Source of the DNA: Eledone cirrhosa
Taxonomy: Eukaryota
DNA length: 64,000 nt
Assembly: GCA_964016885.1 (NCBI GenBank)
Contig: OZ024743.1
Location: 280,612,001 to 280,676,000 of the forward strand
Direction of reading: 5' to 3'
The notes beneath the pieces are model-generated. The model was given only the letters and a program-made list of their open reading frames with translations, had not been told where the DNA came from and ran no database searches. Positions 27,993 to 40,911 of the stretch are shown here, piece after piece (the first letter of the stretch is position 1; every line of letters begins with the position of its first letter). A program made the position numbers and the translations under genes.

Positions 27993-28356
27993 ATTAGAAA
28001 GTGAGGTTTTTTTAAAAAATGAAAAATAACCGAGGTGTCCTACACGAGTGAAAGTATAAAGAAAAAAAGATGAAATCGAAAATGCAACTGGAGTCTTATT
28101 TTTTTTTTAAATATATATATATTTATTTGGTTCCTTTACCGGTTTCGCAGTTCTTCTGCTTTTCAAAAGTAGAGTTGAGATGGAGGGTCTGTGGTTTTTC
28201 TCACATCTGAGAAAAACCACAGACCCTCCATCTCAACTCTACTTTTGAAAAGCAGAAGAACTGCGAAACCGGTAAAGGAACCAAATAAATATATATATAT
28301 CTTTTTTTTAAATAAGACTCCAGTTGCATTTTCGATTTCATCTTTTTTTCTTTATA
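27993..28356. mobile_element. Fold-back palindrome of a pLTR-like element (arms ~150 bp, loop 28204-28207)
   Basis: Reverse-complement arms between (TA)n tracts; variant HHR in each arm. Confidence 0.8.
28242..28277 (+). ncRNA. Hammerhead core variant (U3-A8)
   Basis: CTT-TTGAAAA-GCAG-AAGAA-CTGC-GAAA-CCGG-TA-AAG. Confidence 0.6.
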
Positions 28357-28770
28357 TATATATATATTTTCCTGAGTCCTGTATTTTCGTTGCTGTGGTA
28401 ATGCGGCTGGACTGCCGATCGCTATATTTGATTTGCTAAGCTGTCTAAACGTATTGTTATTACTCTGGGGTACTTTTCCTCACTCGAGTGCTAAAGCTAC
28501 ATACCGAATTTGCATTCGTTAGCTTGGCCGCGAACTAAAGCTTCGTTAATGCTGTACTAAAATTTGTATATATATATATATATATATACGTATATATGTA
28601 TGTGTGTATGTATGTGTGTTTGTGGTGTGCGTGTGTGTGTGAGTGCGAGTGTGCGTGCGCGTGTGAGAGTGAGTGTGTGCGTGTGTATGTGTGTGCATTG
28701 TGTGTAAGTCTGTAAGTGTGTGTGTTCGAATGTGTGTGTGTCAGTGAGTATTTGTATAGGTATATATATT

Positions 28771-28807
<37 letters not shown>

Positions 28808-29114
28808 ATAGATAAATACATACATACATACTTACGTATGTATGTATTTATATACTCGTGGAAGTTATTGTATAATGGATGCTGATCGATATGTTATGTT
28901 TGCAGTGATTGTCTTCGAATGGATTACAACCCATAGCTAGTCATCCAGGCCTTTGTCTTTGTCTGAGGTCATGTTTAGACATTTTCACTTGCAGTAAATA
29001 TCTAGTGGACCATTTCAATATATTCTTTCACGTTAGCGAATCTGAAGAATTACCTTGTCATTTAGAAATGCTCTCTGCTGCAGCCTGTATTTCAGTTTAC
29101 AATATATATATATT

Positions 29115-29213
<99 letters not shown>

Positions 29214-30133
29214 ATGTATGTGTGTATATACATATATATATACTGTATATATATACAAAGAGAGACAGACAGATAAATAGATACACGCATATATACATAT
29301 ATATGGGTGTATATATACACAGACACAAACATACACAAAATAGACACACAAACACACATACATATAACGCCAAAAATGGCCCCCTCATATTGTCAATCAA
29401 TCAGTATTAATTCGAAAACCTAAAATCTATAATCGATGCTCATAACTCTATTAAAATCATTGTTTTGAAGACTTTATATTCACAGAATGTACTTACTTAG
29501 AACACGTTCTGAAGTCCATAGCTGTACAAGTTCTAACCACACACGGTTTCGATTCAGCACTACAATATAACGAAATACTCATCAATTATAGCGTTCTTGT
29601 TGCTTACAGTGATAAGCTTTTCCTTAGCTTTGGATAATGATCTAATGAGGGAGCCTCTCTATTGCCCCTCAAACTGATAGAAAAAGCCGTCTCATTAACC
29701 TCTAGGCATGCACTCTAATATTTTAGTAAAAGAACTATACATTAGATACGTGATGTCTGAGAAAAATAGATGGATTTCCATAACTAGAATGCTTTTGATC
29801 ATCTGTTCACTCAATCGCGGCTTCCCTAGATCTAAACAAAATCAATAAATACAACCTAATTATATCCCTTTCTATTCTGGGTTCAAATTTTACAGAAGTC
29901 AGTCCTTGTCGTTGATCCTTCTGGGCTCGATAACAAAATAACAGTCATTCACCGAGGTCAGGTGTATCGACTTTCCTCCTCATCAAAACTGCTGGCATTG
30001 TATCGACATTTTTATTTTGAATGAGAAAGTTTGAAGATAGAATAATATGAGTGGTAGATAATCAGTTTTACAGTCATTCGTTATATCATATGTCCAGAAT
30101 TGTGTTAATCCACTTTTATAATATATATATGTG

Positions 30134-30210
<77 letters not shown>

Positions 30211-30292
30211 CAGAATTAGCCGTCGAAACGGCTTGAGCTCAGCTGTCGGGGTCTTACTGGTTCCTATATATATATATATAAATATGTGTAAG

Positions 30293-30610
30293 AGATATTT
30301 AATTTGTTGGAAATCCAACAAATATAGATGTTTACAACTGATTCAAAGCACTCGACAGATTTCTGGACTAAGTATTCAACTAATATTATATAAATGGAAA
30401 CTATATTTATAAAACCATAATTCTATTATATATATTTCAGGGTACCAAAAATGTTGGTACGCTTTCCTCAGATAAAATACAAAATGTTTTATAAATATTT
30501 GACATGACCAAGGATGATATACCTTAATGGTTGAAGTTATCCTTGAAATATATATAATAGAATAAATATGGTTTTATAAATATAGTTTCTATTTATTTAA
30601 TATCAATTGT
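30293..30610. mobile_element. Penelope pLTR fragments (minus then plus) with HHR at 30420-30478 (minus)
   Basis: Minus: ATTTTAT-CTGAGGA-AAGCGTACC..GGTACCCT-GAAA-TATATA-TA-ATAGAAT; plus 30541-30605 repeats the GAAA-TATATA-TA half; homologous to 59946-60125. Confidence 0.75.
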
Positions 30611-30646
30611 ATATATATAAATATATATGCATACATGCACACACAA

Positions 30647-30707
<61 letters not shown>

Positions 30708-30895
30708 AGATATATATATATACATTTGCATATAAGAACATATATTTTCTTTTATTTGTTTCTTTTACTTATTTTGGTCATTAGACTGCGAACATAGTGG
30801 GGCATGTCGAGACCAATACTAATTTTCTCAAGTTTGGTTCCTTTATATCGATCCACTTTTTATCAAACCACCATATTCTGGGACATAAACCTAAT

Positions 30896-30986
<91 letters not shown>

Positions 30987-31254
30987 GCAATTGCTTAATT
31001 CAACCGTCCGAATAATCGATGGAGGAAAACTGAATAGTTACGATTGTAGAAGCTTCAGATAACCCGCCGGTATTTATATGGGATATATCCAGCTATAGAA
31101 ATATTATACTGGTAAATAACAGAACATCTAAATGTCTATAAAATACATAGGATTGGTTCTATCTGGCGTTTACAAATACCTATTATGATGGACATGTCTA
31201 TACACATGTGCATGTGTACGTGCGTGTGTGCGTGCGTGTGTGTGTGTGTGTGTC

Positions 31255-31327
<73 letters not shown>

Positions 31328-31933
31328 GTGTTTGATTATATATATATATATAGTTAAAAATGAACAAACAAAACACAGGAAGCAATTGTACACAGTTACA
31401 TTAGGTTCACGTTTATAATGAAAATATTTTGTACAGTGCTCAGGTGCACTACAACTCATCAAAAGTGTATGTATAGTACATAGGGTAATGTACAAACGTC
31501 AGGAAAATGAACAGTGCACGAGTCTGTGTTTGGAAGGGGTACATCAGGCGTAGTTTTGGCGAATTTCTGGAAGCATGAGGGTTTTAAAGGATGCAGTGTC
31601 TCGGCAGCTAACAACTGACGCAGGCAGTTTCTTCCATGCTTCAGCAACCCTAAGCGTGAAAAAATGTTTCCGAAAGTCATGGGAGCTGTGCTGTTTTCTG
31701 ATTTTGTAGGCATGTCCTTATATATATATATATATATATAAGGTATTCAATGAGGTTTCACACAAATTGATACAATCTATTTGTTGAAACGGATATCATA
31801 ACGGCTCAAATTTAAAAATGTCCAATTTTCGAGGGAAATTTCGGGGGAAATTTCAAACTGAGGCAACTAATAAACAAATTAAAATGAAACATTTGTGTAA
31901 AGGATATACGATTAGAAGAGAAATTACATATGC

Positions 31934-32071
<138 letters not shown>

Positions 32072-32163
32072 GTATGCGTGTGTATGTGTGTGTGTGTGTG
32101 TGTGTATTTATTTATCAAATAAGAGTAGTTAAGACGGGATTATTTCACCATAATAGCTTTATT

Positions 32164-32213
32164 GCATGATATATATTTCTGTTACATGGTTATCCATGCG
32201 ACTTCATCAGATT
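32164..32213 (-). ncRNA. Hammerhead motif with weak stem I
   Basis: Minus: AT-CTGATGA-AGTCGCATGG-ATAA-CCATGTAACA-GAAA-TATATA-TC-AT, followed by AATAAA. Confidence 0.55.
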
Positions 32214-32699
32214 CTTATGCAAACATAGATGTAGTTATGCAATCATTGGAATATGCTACTGGCCATGTATAACCATCCTGTTGTGATGCCAGTAGACATA
32301 TATCTGCATATGAATACTCCGTCACTCCTAACGACCAACTCTTACCTGGGATAAACTACAGATGTGAAGTACTTTTGGGTCGCTCGGACCGGCTTATCCT
32401 CGCATAAGCAAATTATCCTCTGCAATATATATATGTGTGTATGTGTGTGTCTGAGTGAGGATTCTAATTACAAAAGACTGAATGTGTATGTGTGTGTGTG
32501 TGTGGGGGGGGGGGGGGGGTACGTGTAAGTATATATAAAAATCAAAACATTTCATTCCACGTCTGATGTCTATTCTGGAGTCAGATTTATCATATCGATT
32601 AAGACCTCGAGCCGATCATCTACGAAACTTTTGTCATGCTCCATATGGAATGAAACATTTAAAAGTGAAACTACGTTATCTCATACATAATGTATAAAA

Positions 32700-33985
32700 A
32701 GCAAGCCACAATAATTATTTATTTACAATAGTTTATAACTTTGCCTATTAATCCGTATGGTGAGCAAATGGGGTCCCACGTGCTGGACTCCCCCCAGCCC
32801 CGGCGGACAAGATAGAGAAAGCGTTTCCCCGGAGAATGGTCAGGGAGATGCGCTGGAAGAGCCATTCTAACTCGCGAGGCTCACATCTGCGGCTGGCCAA
32901 CTCAGCGCCTATGGAGGTGAATAGGGAGGTAGACCTAGGGCCAAGGACACCAGAAGTCTTCACTGCTAAGGGCACGACCACGAACCTGTCGGAGAGTGAC
33001 CAGTACTTGGAGAATTTGGCCTCCTCAGCCCAACGTGCAGCAGTACTTGGATTAGTCGCAGACTGCACCAGGTTGTGGCTGGAGAAAGTGTCGCTGCAAG
33101 TGGCATCCCAGACGAGGGGTTTGCCACGGCCGACCGGGAAGATGGTCATACCGTCTGGCCTTTTGCCACCCCCTCGGTCCAGCCCCACCGGCTCGAGCTG
33201 GGAGGGGAAGCCTGCAGCATCCAAGCCATGCTTAATGACCTCGTTGAGGGCAGCATGGCGTGGAAGGCTGCCGGCACAGTGGTGACAGGAAAGCGGGTGG
33301 AGTTCGAAAGAGTCCACGGTGGATCCACAGCGACATTTATGTGGCTCGCAGATCTGTAGTCCAAGCCTCAAGGAAACGCCGATACGCAGGCTATCGTTAT
33401 CCAGCTGCGTGCCAGAGGAGAAGGATGGCAAGGCATGGAGTCAGGCACCATTGTGGGGTTTGAAAGCCGCGCGAAAACAGGCAAGGCGGTGCTGGTCGAG
33501 CTGGCGCGTGAACCTGTCTGAGGCCAGGCTGCACTGGGTGGCATCCCGTACGCTTTGTGGGTACTTGACGTCAGCAGTAGGAGAAGGAGGAGGGACGTCT
33601 ACCGGGCTAAGTCCCACGTCTTATAGGCGACCTCACGTTACCTGAACACAGAGGGTTCTAATGTGTTTTGGAGAACGCTGCTGACAAGGACGTGGCATGA
33701 GGTTACCGATGAAAGAAACGCAGGCAAAGCCAGCGAGATCGGGGACCGGAGGCCAAGGCCGCCACATCTGACAGGTAAAGTGGCCTGTTGCCATCCAATG
33801 TCGTCAAACCGGATGCTGCATATCTCCTCAGCTGCCGCTCGGATACAAGTATCGAGGTCAGCGAGGAGAGATGTGGCGTGGCTGTAGCACGGAGCGCCGC
33901 GAAGGGTGTAGAGGAGCTTTGGCATGGCGAAGCAGTTCCTCAACAGGAAGAGAGCTGTCGATCAAGCGCAGTCGGCTCGTGAAGG
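32700..33985 (-). mobile_element. 5'-truncated CRE-like non-LTR retrotransposon (RT thumb + zinc finger + restriction-like endonuclease)
   Basis: ORFs 33638-33943 (PKLLYTLR...QATLPVRCGGLGLRS) and 32748-33431 (LRLG..CRCG..HPLSC..RHAALN..EPVGL..GKRPDG..LVWDATCSDT..QRISLTILRGNA); GC-rich; AATAAA at the 3' end. Confidence 0.85.
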
Positions 33986-34123
33986 TCTATTACAAAAATA
34001 TATCACACAGATAATGTGTAATATATGATTTCCGATAGTTTGGAATCATCTTTTTCAAATAATATCATTGAGTACTCAGATTGGTTACGCTAACACTAAT
34101 CAACAAACATTGCAAAATAATCT

Positions 34124-34158
<35 letters not shown>

Positions 34159-34164
<6 letters not shown>

Positions 34165-34600
34165 CAGAATATTAATAAATGAATACATTCACATAATCGA
34201 AATATATGTTTTATTATATATATTTCGAAAGTAGTGTGCTGTTTTTTCAGTACGTCCTCGTCAGATAAAATACATGAATTGATGTATGACATACCTCAAC
34301 GGTCTTGATGGTTCAATTCCAGTATTGGCAGTCAATACTGGAATTGAACCATCAAGACCGTTGAGGTATGTCATACATCAATTCATGTATTTTATCTGAC
34401 GAGGACGTACTGAAAAAACAGCACACTACTTTCGAAATATATATAATAAAACATATATTTTGATTATGTGAATGTCTTCATTTATTAATAATCTGAATAA
34501 TATTAATAACTCCAGAAAACTTCTTATAGAGTGCTTTTAATCTATTGTAAAACTATATTCATTGAGTAATCAATGAACCATATTAATCTTTGGTCATATA
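34159..34600. mobile_element. Fold-back palindrome of Penelope pLTR (arms ~170 bp, centre ~34330) with HHR at 34390-34451 (+) and its mirror
   Basis: Reverse-complement arms; TTTTAT-CTGACGA-...-GAAA-TATATA-TA-ATAAAA; related to the 59946 pLTR. Confidence 0.82.
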
Positions 34601-34622
34601 TATATGTATGTATGTATGTATG

Positions 34623-35030
34623 AGATGACCCCTTAGCCTTTGTCAAGGCAGAATTCTAGGAGAAGGAAAACTCTGATATAACACCTGCAACCCTGATGGT
34701 ATCCAATGATGTTAACTTGTTCTTCTTTTTGGTAAATATCATTTTGGTTAAGAGAGTGGGACTGGCTTTGTGCAGTGCCTTTGCTCACTATAAAAGCTTC
34801 ACGGCACAGGCATTGCTTTATATCTGGAGATCTCTCTGCACTTGTTGTCACATGGTACCAAGAGCCCAGCACTATGTGTCAACAATTGTCACAAGTGTAG
34901 TGTTTGTACCAGAGTTTTCAAGTCGCTGGCTGGACTAAAAAGTCACACTTGTTCAGCGCATCGGTAGGGGTTCTCCTACATGGATATAAAGTAGTGGCCG
35001 TACTCGAAAACGAGTTGGCAGCCACCATGT
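34623..35030 (+). mobile_element. Copy of (TATG)n-tailed RTE-like retroposon
   Basis: Reverse complement of 18471-18878; (GTAT)n on both sides. Confidence 0.8.
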
Positions 35031-35344
35031 ATGTATGTGTGTATATGTGCGTGTGTATCTATGTACACGTACATACACACATACATGCATACATAGATAC
35101 ATGCACACAATTTAAATGATGAACGATTGGACGTGGTGCGAGGAAAGTTTATTTTTCTTTACAAACTTGCCGCCGTGATGGAAGCTAGTGAAAAATAAAC
35201 TCAAAATTATGAGGATATACATACATGCGTACATGCATACATACATATATACAAACATACATACATACGTACGTACGTACGTACGTATGTATGTATGTAG
35301 GTACATACATAAATTCATACGTATGTACATGCATACGTACATTC

Positions 35345-35375
<31 letters not shown>

Positions 35376-35845
35376 CATACATACATACATACATACATAC
35401 ATACATACATACATACATACATACATACATACATACATGTTTGAGTATCTGTATGTGCATGCACACATATTTATTTTATATGTATAATTCCATCTTTTTT
35501 CTTTTTTTTTTTTTCACTATTTTATATACTTCGCAAAGGAGTCTTTCAGCCATTACACTCACATGCCTTTAATAATATTTCCCGCCAAACCGTTTCGAAA
35601 TCAAACGATCGTCTGCCAAAGAAAATTGTTGGGGTCTGCCATTAATATTGCAAAGCTAACACTAACAACTGTAAGAGACGGATCAAAGATACGTCGTCCG
35701 AGAAAATAGCGTTATAACAGCGGTAGAAGTTAGTGGAGTGTACTAAATAACTTAGGTATTGAACGAACAAGCCATAATGAGGTTCCATTTTCTTTTTTTA
35801 TATTTACGGTTTTACTTATGAATTGCAATTTTTTTTTTTTTCTAG

Positions 35846-35915
35846 TTGTCACGACCGATGGCACTTGGAAAATGAGGAAAATGGTGAACGAATCGACGAA
35901 TATGCAAATGTTGTA
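35846..35915 (+). CDS. Possible small exon (unidentified)
   Basis: Strong acceptor (T)nCTAG and donor GTATGT bracket 70 nt open in two frames. Confidence 0.2.
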
Positions 35916-36009
35916 GTATGTATGGCGTGATTGAATTGTATTAATCGATAAATGCATCAATACACTTACACACACACATACAGACATAATCACACACACG
36001 CGCTCACAC

Positions 36010-36065
<56 letters not shown>

Positions 36066-37503
36066 ATATTTATATATATATATATATCGAGGAGAGAAGG
36101 ACATGGTCTTGTTTGACTGGTGAAGAGTTTGACTTCGCAAATATGAGATACTGGGTTCGATACCAGTACAATTATTACGTAACAAATTAATTCTTCTAAA
36201 TCTATTATTTTGTTCGAAATGTTTCCATTGTTTCCATGCATTACAACATTGAGTCAATGTAACCACAACTTTCTTGCTATTCTTAGGAATATTACAAAGG
36301 AAGGATTCGATAGTCATAGTCATACTTCATCAGAACTTGTATAGGGCTCATAACAACATTACACAAGACCGTCCAATTTAAAAAAGTGTTAATCGGAGGT
36401 CAATATTATTCATACTTTCACGATATAATTTATATTTTTTTCTTATAAAATATCGTACCGGTCATGTACTGGTATCGATTTAATCCACTTTCCCTCTACA
36501 CAAATTGCTATCCTCGTGCCTAAATAATAAAAAAAAAACGTTATTTATATTTAATGTTGTTATTTACTCAGTGATTTGCACAAGCTGTAAATCATTAATA
36601 TAGAGAATAAGATTCAAAAGGTCAGTGGAGGGCTGCCGCGGGAAAGGAGAACTAATTGCATGCCAATGAAGATCGGTAACCAAGGGTTTGTAGCCTGTTC
36701 CCTTAGCAAACCCTTGGGAAACATTAACATTATGAGAGCAAGCAGAAGGGAATCCATAAAGAATGACATGGAAGCAGCAGAGAGGGCAGAGAAGCTATTT
36801 CCGAGGTGAGAGAAGTGATGCTGGTGTTAGACGTATGTATACCACTTGGACACAGGAGATTGCTTGATCAACCTCGGTTTGATCACCTGGATGGGGTTAA
36901 ATGTTGTAGGAACAGAAACACCCAGTGGTTTCAGGATACAACACTGATGACGTGTCCAATAGTTGTAAGAACTAAGATACAAAATAACTAGAATGATGGA
37001 TATAATATGGCTTGGCGGTAATATATGGGATGCTTAATAAAATCTGGTGAGTGTTTCACAGTAATTGATAATAACTCTCAAAGAAAAGAGTGATTAAACC
37101 AAAACATATATATTTAATTCTCTGAAAATCCGTCCGTGGACTTATTTTGTTTATATATTGTCCATCAGTGTATAATATAATTGTTTTTACTTTAGGCACA
37201 AGGCTAGCAATTACTCAGTGCATTACTGGTACTTTATTTTATGGACCCCGTATATAATATAGTATATAATATAGTACAATAGATTACAATATAGTACAAT
37301 AGAGTACAATATAGTACAATAGAGTACAATATATTACTATGCAATACTATACAATACAGTACTATACAATGATATGCATTACAAAGTGTACAATATACCG
37401 CAATAATGTACAGTATAATACGATAGTATATAGTATAATACAGTCTTGTATAATAAAAGTAAAATATAGTATAACATAGCACACTAGACATATATGTATG
37501 TAC

Positions 37504-37615
37504 CCGTAACTCCTGATGGATTCGTAAGGGCGCCATATTGAAATACGGTGTTTCTTGCATATTTTTTAAACTTGGTGTATCCCATCTCCTCTTCAGGTTT
37601 GAACACAGTAGATTT
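37504..37615 (-). CDS. Possible internal exon (KSTVFKPEEEMGYTKFKKYARNTVFQYGALTNPSGVT)
   Basis: Long polypyrimidine tract + AAG acceptor, GG|GTACAT donor, open in two frames. Confidence 0.25.
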
Positions 37616-37674
37616 CTTCCAGAGAAAATAGACAGTGAGAAAAAGGAACCGAGAAAGAAATATAGAGGGACAAT

Positions 37675-37810
37675 CAACCACAGTACTGCAGTGGTACTTT
37701 ATTTCATCAACATAGGAAGGATGAAAGTTGGGCAGTTTTGAACTCAAAGAGCAGAGAACAGGAACGAATACCGCAAAGCATTCTATCCAACGTTCTAACG
37801 ACTCTGCCAA
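37675..37810 (-). mobile_element. Diverged tRNA-derived Nin-like SINE (another fragment at 37186-37250)
   Basis: Minus TGGCAGAGTCGTTAG A-box-like, GAGTTCAAAA B-box-like, CTTTCATCCT core. Confidence 0.6.
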
Positions 37811-38241
37811 TGGATAGCATTCACGATACCAAACAATAGTATAAAATATAATACAATATAGTACGATTTAGAATTATACAATACTGTATTGAATCCGGGA
37901 TACAATGATTGCAAAGCGACCGACTTAACCATTCAGCTATACTACGTCCACGTAACTAGATTAAATATAAAATGATGGCTTGAAGTGAGAAGTCAATCTG
38001 ATCCTTTGTAAGTACTGTGACTACTCTGGACATCTTTTATTTTTGTTAAACTAAAATCTTTAGGAAAGAACAAAGTCGTGCTTACCAGACTTTACAATGT
38101 CCAAGTATTACTATTTTCTTTACATTACAGGCAAAAGGCAATAGTGGGAAATGTTGTCACATACATATAAATACATACATAAATATATGCATACATAGAT
38201 ACACACATACATACATACATACATACATATATACATACATA

Positions 38242-38592
38242 TATGGTGGCTGCCAACTCGTTTTCGAGTACGGCCACTACTTTATATCCATGTAGGAGAA
38301 CCCCTACCAATGCGCTGAACGAGTGTGACTTTTTAGTCCAGCCAGCGACTTGAAAACTGGTACAAACACTACACTTGTGACAATTATTGGCACATAGTGC
38401 TGGGCCCATGGTACCATGTGACGACAAGTGCAGAGAGATCTCCAGATATAAAGCAATGCCTGTGCCGTGAAGCTTTTATAGTGAGCAAAGGCACTGCACA
38501 AAGCCAGTCCCACTCTCTTAACCAAGATGATATTTACCAAAAAGAAGAACAAGTCAACATCATTGGATACCATCAGGGTTGCAGGTGTTATA
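38242..38592 (-). mobile_element. Copy of (TATG)n-tailed RTE-like retroposon
   Basis: Homologous to 18471-18823; (CATA)n on both sides. Confidence 0.8.
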
Positions 38593-38817
38593 TCATACAT
38601 ACATACATACATACATACATACATACATACATACATAAATACATACATACATAAATATATACATACATACATACACACGCACATACATACATACATACAT
38701 ACATACATACATACATACATACATACATACATACATACATACGTACGTATGTAAGTACCTAATGTAAATAGGATGCATCAATACATAGATGTGAAGGTAA
38801 AAAGGAACACACACTCC

Positions 38818-38891
<74 letters not shown>

Positions 38892-39284
38892 GGATTTAAC
38901 CAGGTCGAAACTTTTAACATCTCCGGAAATAAAGTAGTATATTTATAACAGTTTTTGCGTAATATCTTAGGCTAATATGGCTTTTACAATGTAATTTCTT
39001 CGGCTTCATTTTAACACAAGGTTTCAGATCAAGTTACTCGTGTATATGTAATTGTGTGTGTGGTGGTGGCGAGTGTGGGGGGGGGGGGGGCTATTGATTC
39101 CCGAAAAAGGCAGACTAAATACACACGTGTTTCCCTCTTGGAAATCTTTTTTTTTCCGTTTCTTAATTTTCTTACCCTCGTCTATACTTCTATTTCTTCT
39201 TTTGTCACTCACTCGAAGAAAAACTAATGCCAGAAATGTTAAGATTCTTCTCATACCATACGAAAAAGCGTTAAACTAATATAT

Positions 39285-39540
39285 ATCATCATCGTACTGT
39301 TCTCCAACGTTGTCACCACTGAGGAAGTCACACATTCTGTGACGAAAGAGCTTTGACAATATATAAACAACCATCCGGTTATGGAACCAACCGACCGGAA
39401 ATTTGTAATAAATTGAAGTGAAAATCAACAGGTGCCTGTGTTTTAATTGGCAGCATGACCCTCCCAAAGTATAACAATATATGTTTCAACACACGTTTTC
39501 AGATAAGAAATCTTGCAAAACAAATTCAAAAAGGAAGTAA
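39285..39540 (+). mobile_element. pLTR-like fragment with HHR at 39311-39358
   Basis: CTGAGGA-A-GTCACA-CATTC-TGTGAC-GAAA-GAGC-TT-TGACAA; homologous to 61537-61803; ends in (TA)n. Confidence 0.7.
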
Positions 39541-39551
39541 CTATATATATT

Positions 39552-39598
<47 letters not shown>

Positions 39599-39702
39599 TG
39601 TGTATGTATGTGTGTGTGTGTATATGTGTATGTGTGTGTGTGTATGTGTGTGTGTATGTGTATGTGTATGTATGTGTGTATGTATGTGTGTATGTGTGTA
39701 TG

Positions 39703-39765
<63 letters not shown>

Positions 39766-39826
39766 TTAGACGATTCTAACAGAAACGTCTCATATTGCGA
39801 AACCTTGGGTAAATGAATAATTATAA

Positions 39827-39926
<100 letters not shown>

Positions 39927-40029
39927 AAGAAATGTATGCTAACGAAGTTAGTCTGACAGTGGGAATTTTTTAAAACCCTCTGAATGGAGAAAGTATGAGT
40001 ATATATATATATATATATACATATATATA

Positions 40030-40228
40030 CCCAGGGAGTGTAACTTGGTGTTACTGTAGGTTAATCCGGGTGAGCACTCGGTGTTTAGGTTCACTTCTGT
40101 GTCGAGGTGTAGAGCTAGACAGAGTGTATTGGTTACTCCATCATTACATTTATTGGTTGGTGACGCGCGTTTCACCACTGATAAGCTCAAGGTTCGATCT
40201 GTATCGATCTTACCCGACTCTATAATCT
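40030..40228 (-). mobile_element. pLTR-like fragment (family of 4540-5103)
   Basis: Reverse complement of 4692-4780 + 5009-5103; (TA)n both sides. Confidence 0.75.
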
Positions 40229-40262
<34 letters not shown>

Positions 40263-40423
40263 TTAAGGATACTATTTATGGTTATGTATATACTAAAACC
40301 TTTTTATAGTTATATATATTTTAAACCCTAAATAGTGAAAGACAGTAATTTATTACTACCTTATTACCAGTAAGATAAATAGCTCAATGTAACAACATCA
40401 GTTGTTTTAAAGAGCAGTTATAT

Positions 40424-40555
40424 AGAAATTACTTGAATCAAAGTTCTGTTTAAATCATTTATTTGCTTACAATTGTTTCTTCCAAACCGAGGTTTGGAAG
40501 AAACAATTGTAAGCAAATAAATGATTTAAACCGAACTTTGATTCATGTAATTTCT
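40424..40555. repeat. Fold-back palindrome centred on an HHR stem II-like hairpin
   Basis: TTCCAAAC-CGAG-GTTTGGAA-GAAA-CAATTG-TA-AGC-AAATAAA mirrored on both strands. Confidence 0.75.
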
Positions 40556-40679
40556 CTCTCTCTATATATATATATATATTAAAATAACAGATTAAAGTTT
40601 AAGCAAAGAATTGCTGCTCTCATCCTTAACGGGATCTTCTGAAACTAAAAAAATCAATCTTTTCACTATATATATATAT

Positions 40680-40872
40680 ATAGGAACAAGTAAGAACCCG
40701 ACGGCTGAGCTCAAGCCGTTTTCGACGGCTAATTCTGTACAGAATTAGCCGTCGAAACGGCTTGAGCTCAGCCGTCGGGGGTCTTACTTGTTCCTATTAC
40801 CCACTCTACTACCCTAAGTATTGAGTACTTTGGTGCGTTATGGTCCACCTGGTTATTTACACATTTCCTTCG

Positions 40873-40873
<1 letters not shown>
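40680..40873. repeat. Fold-back palindrome (40680-40797) centred on an HHR stem II-like hairpin, plus downstream pLTR tail
   Basis: GACGGCTAATTCTGTACAGAATTAGCCGTC-GAAA-CGGCT..AGCCG-TC; family fragments also at 30208-30266 and 43648-43751. Confidence 0.75.
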
Positions 40874-40911
<38 letters not shown>

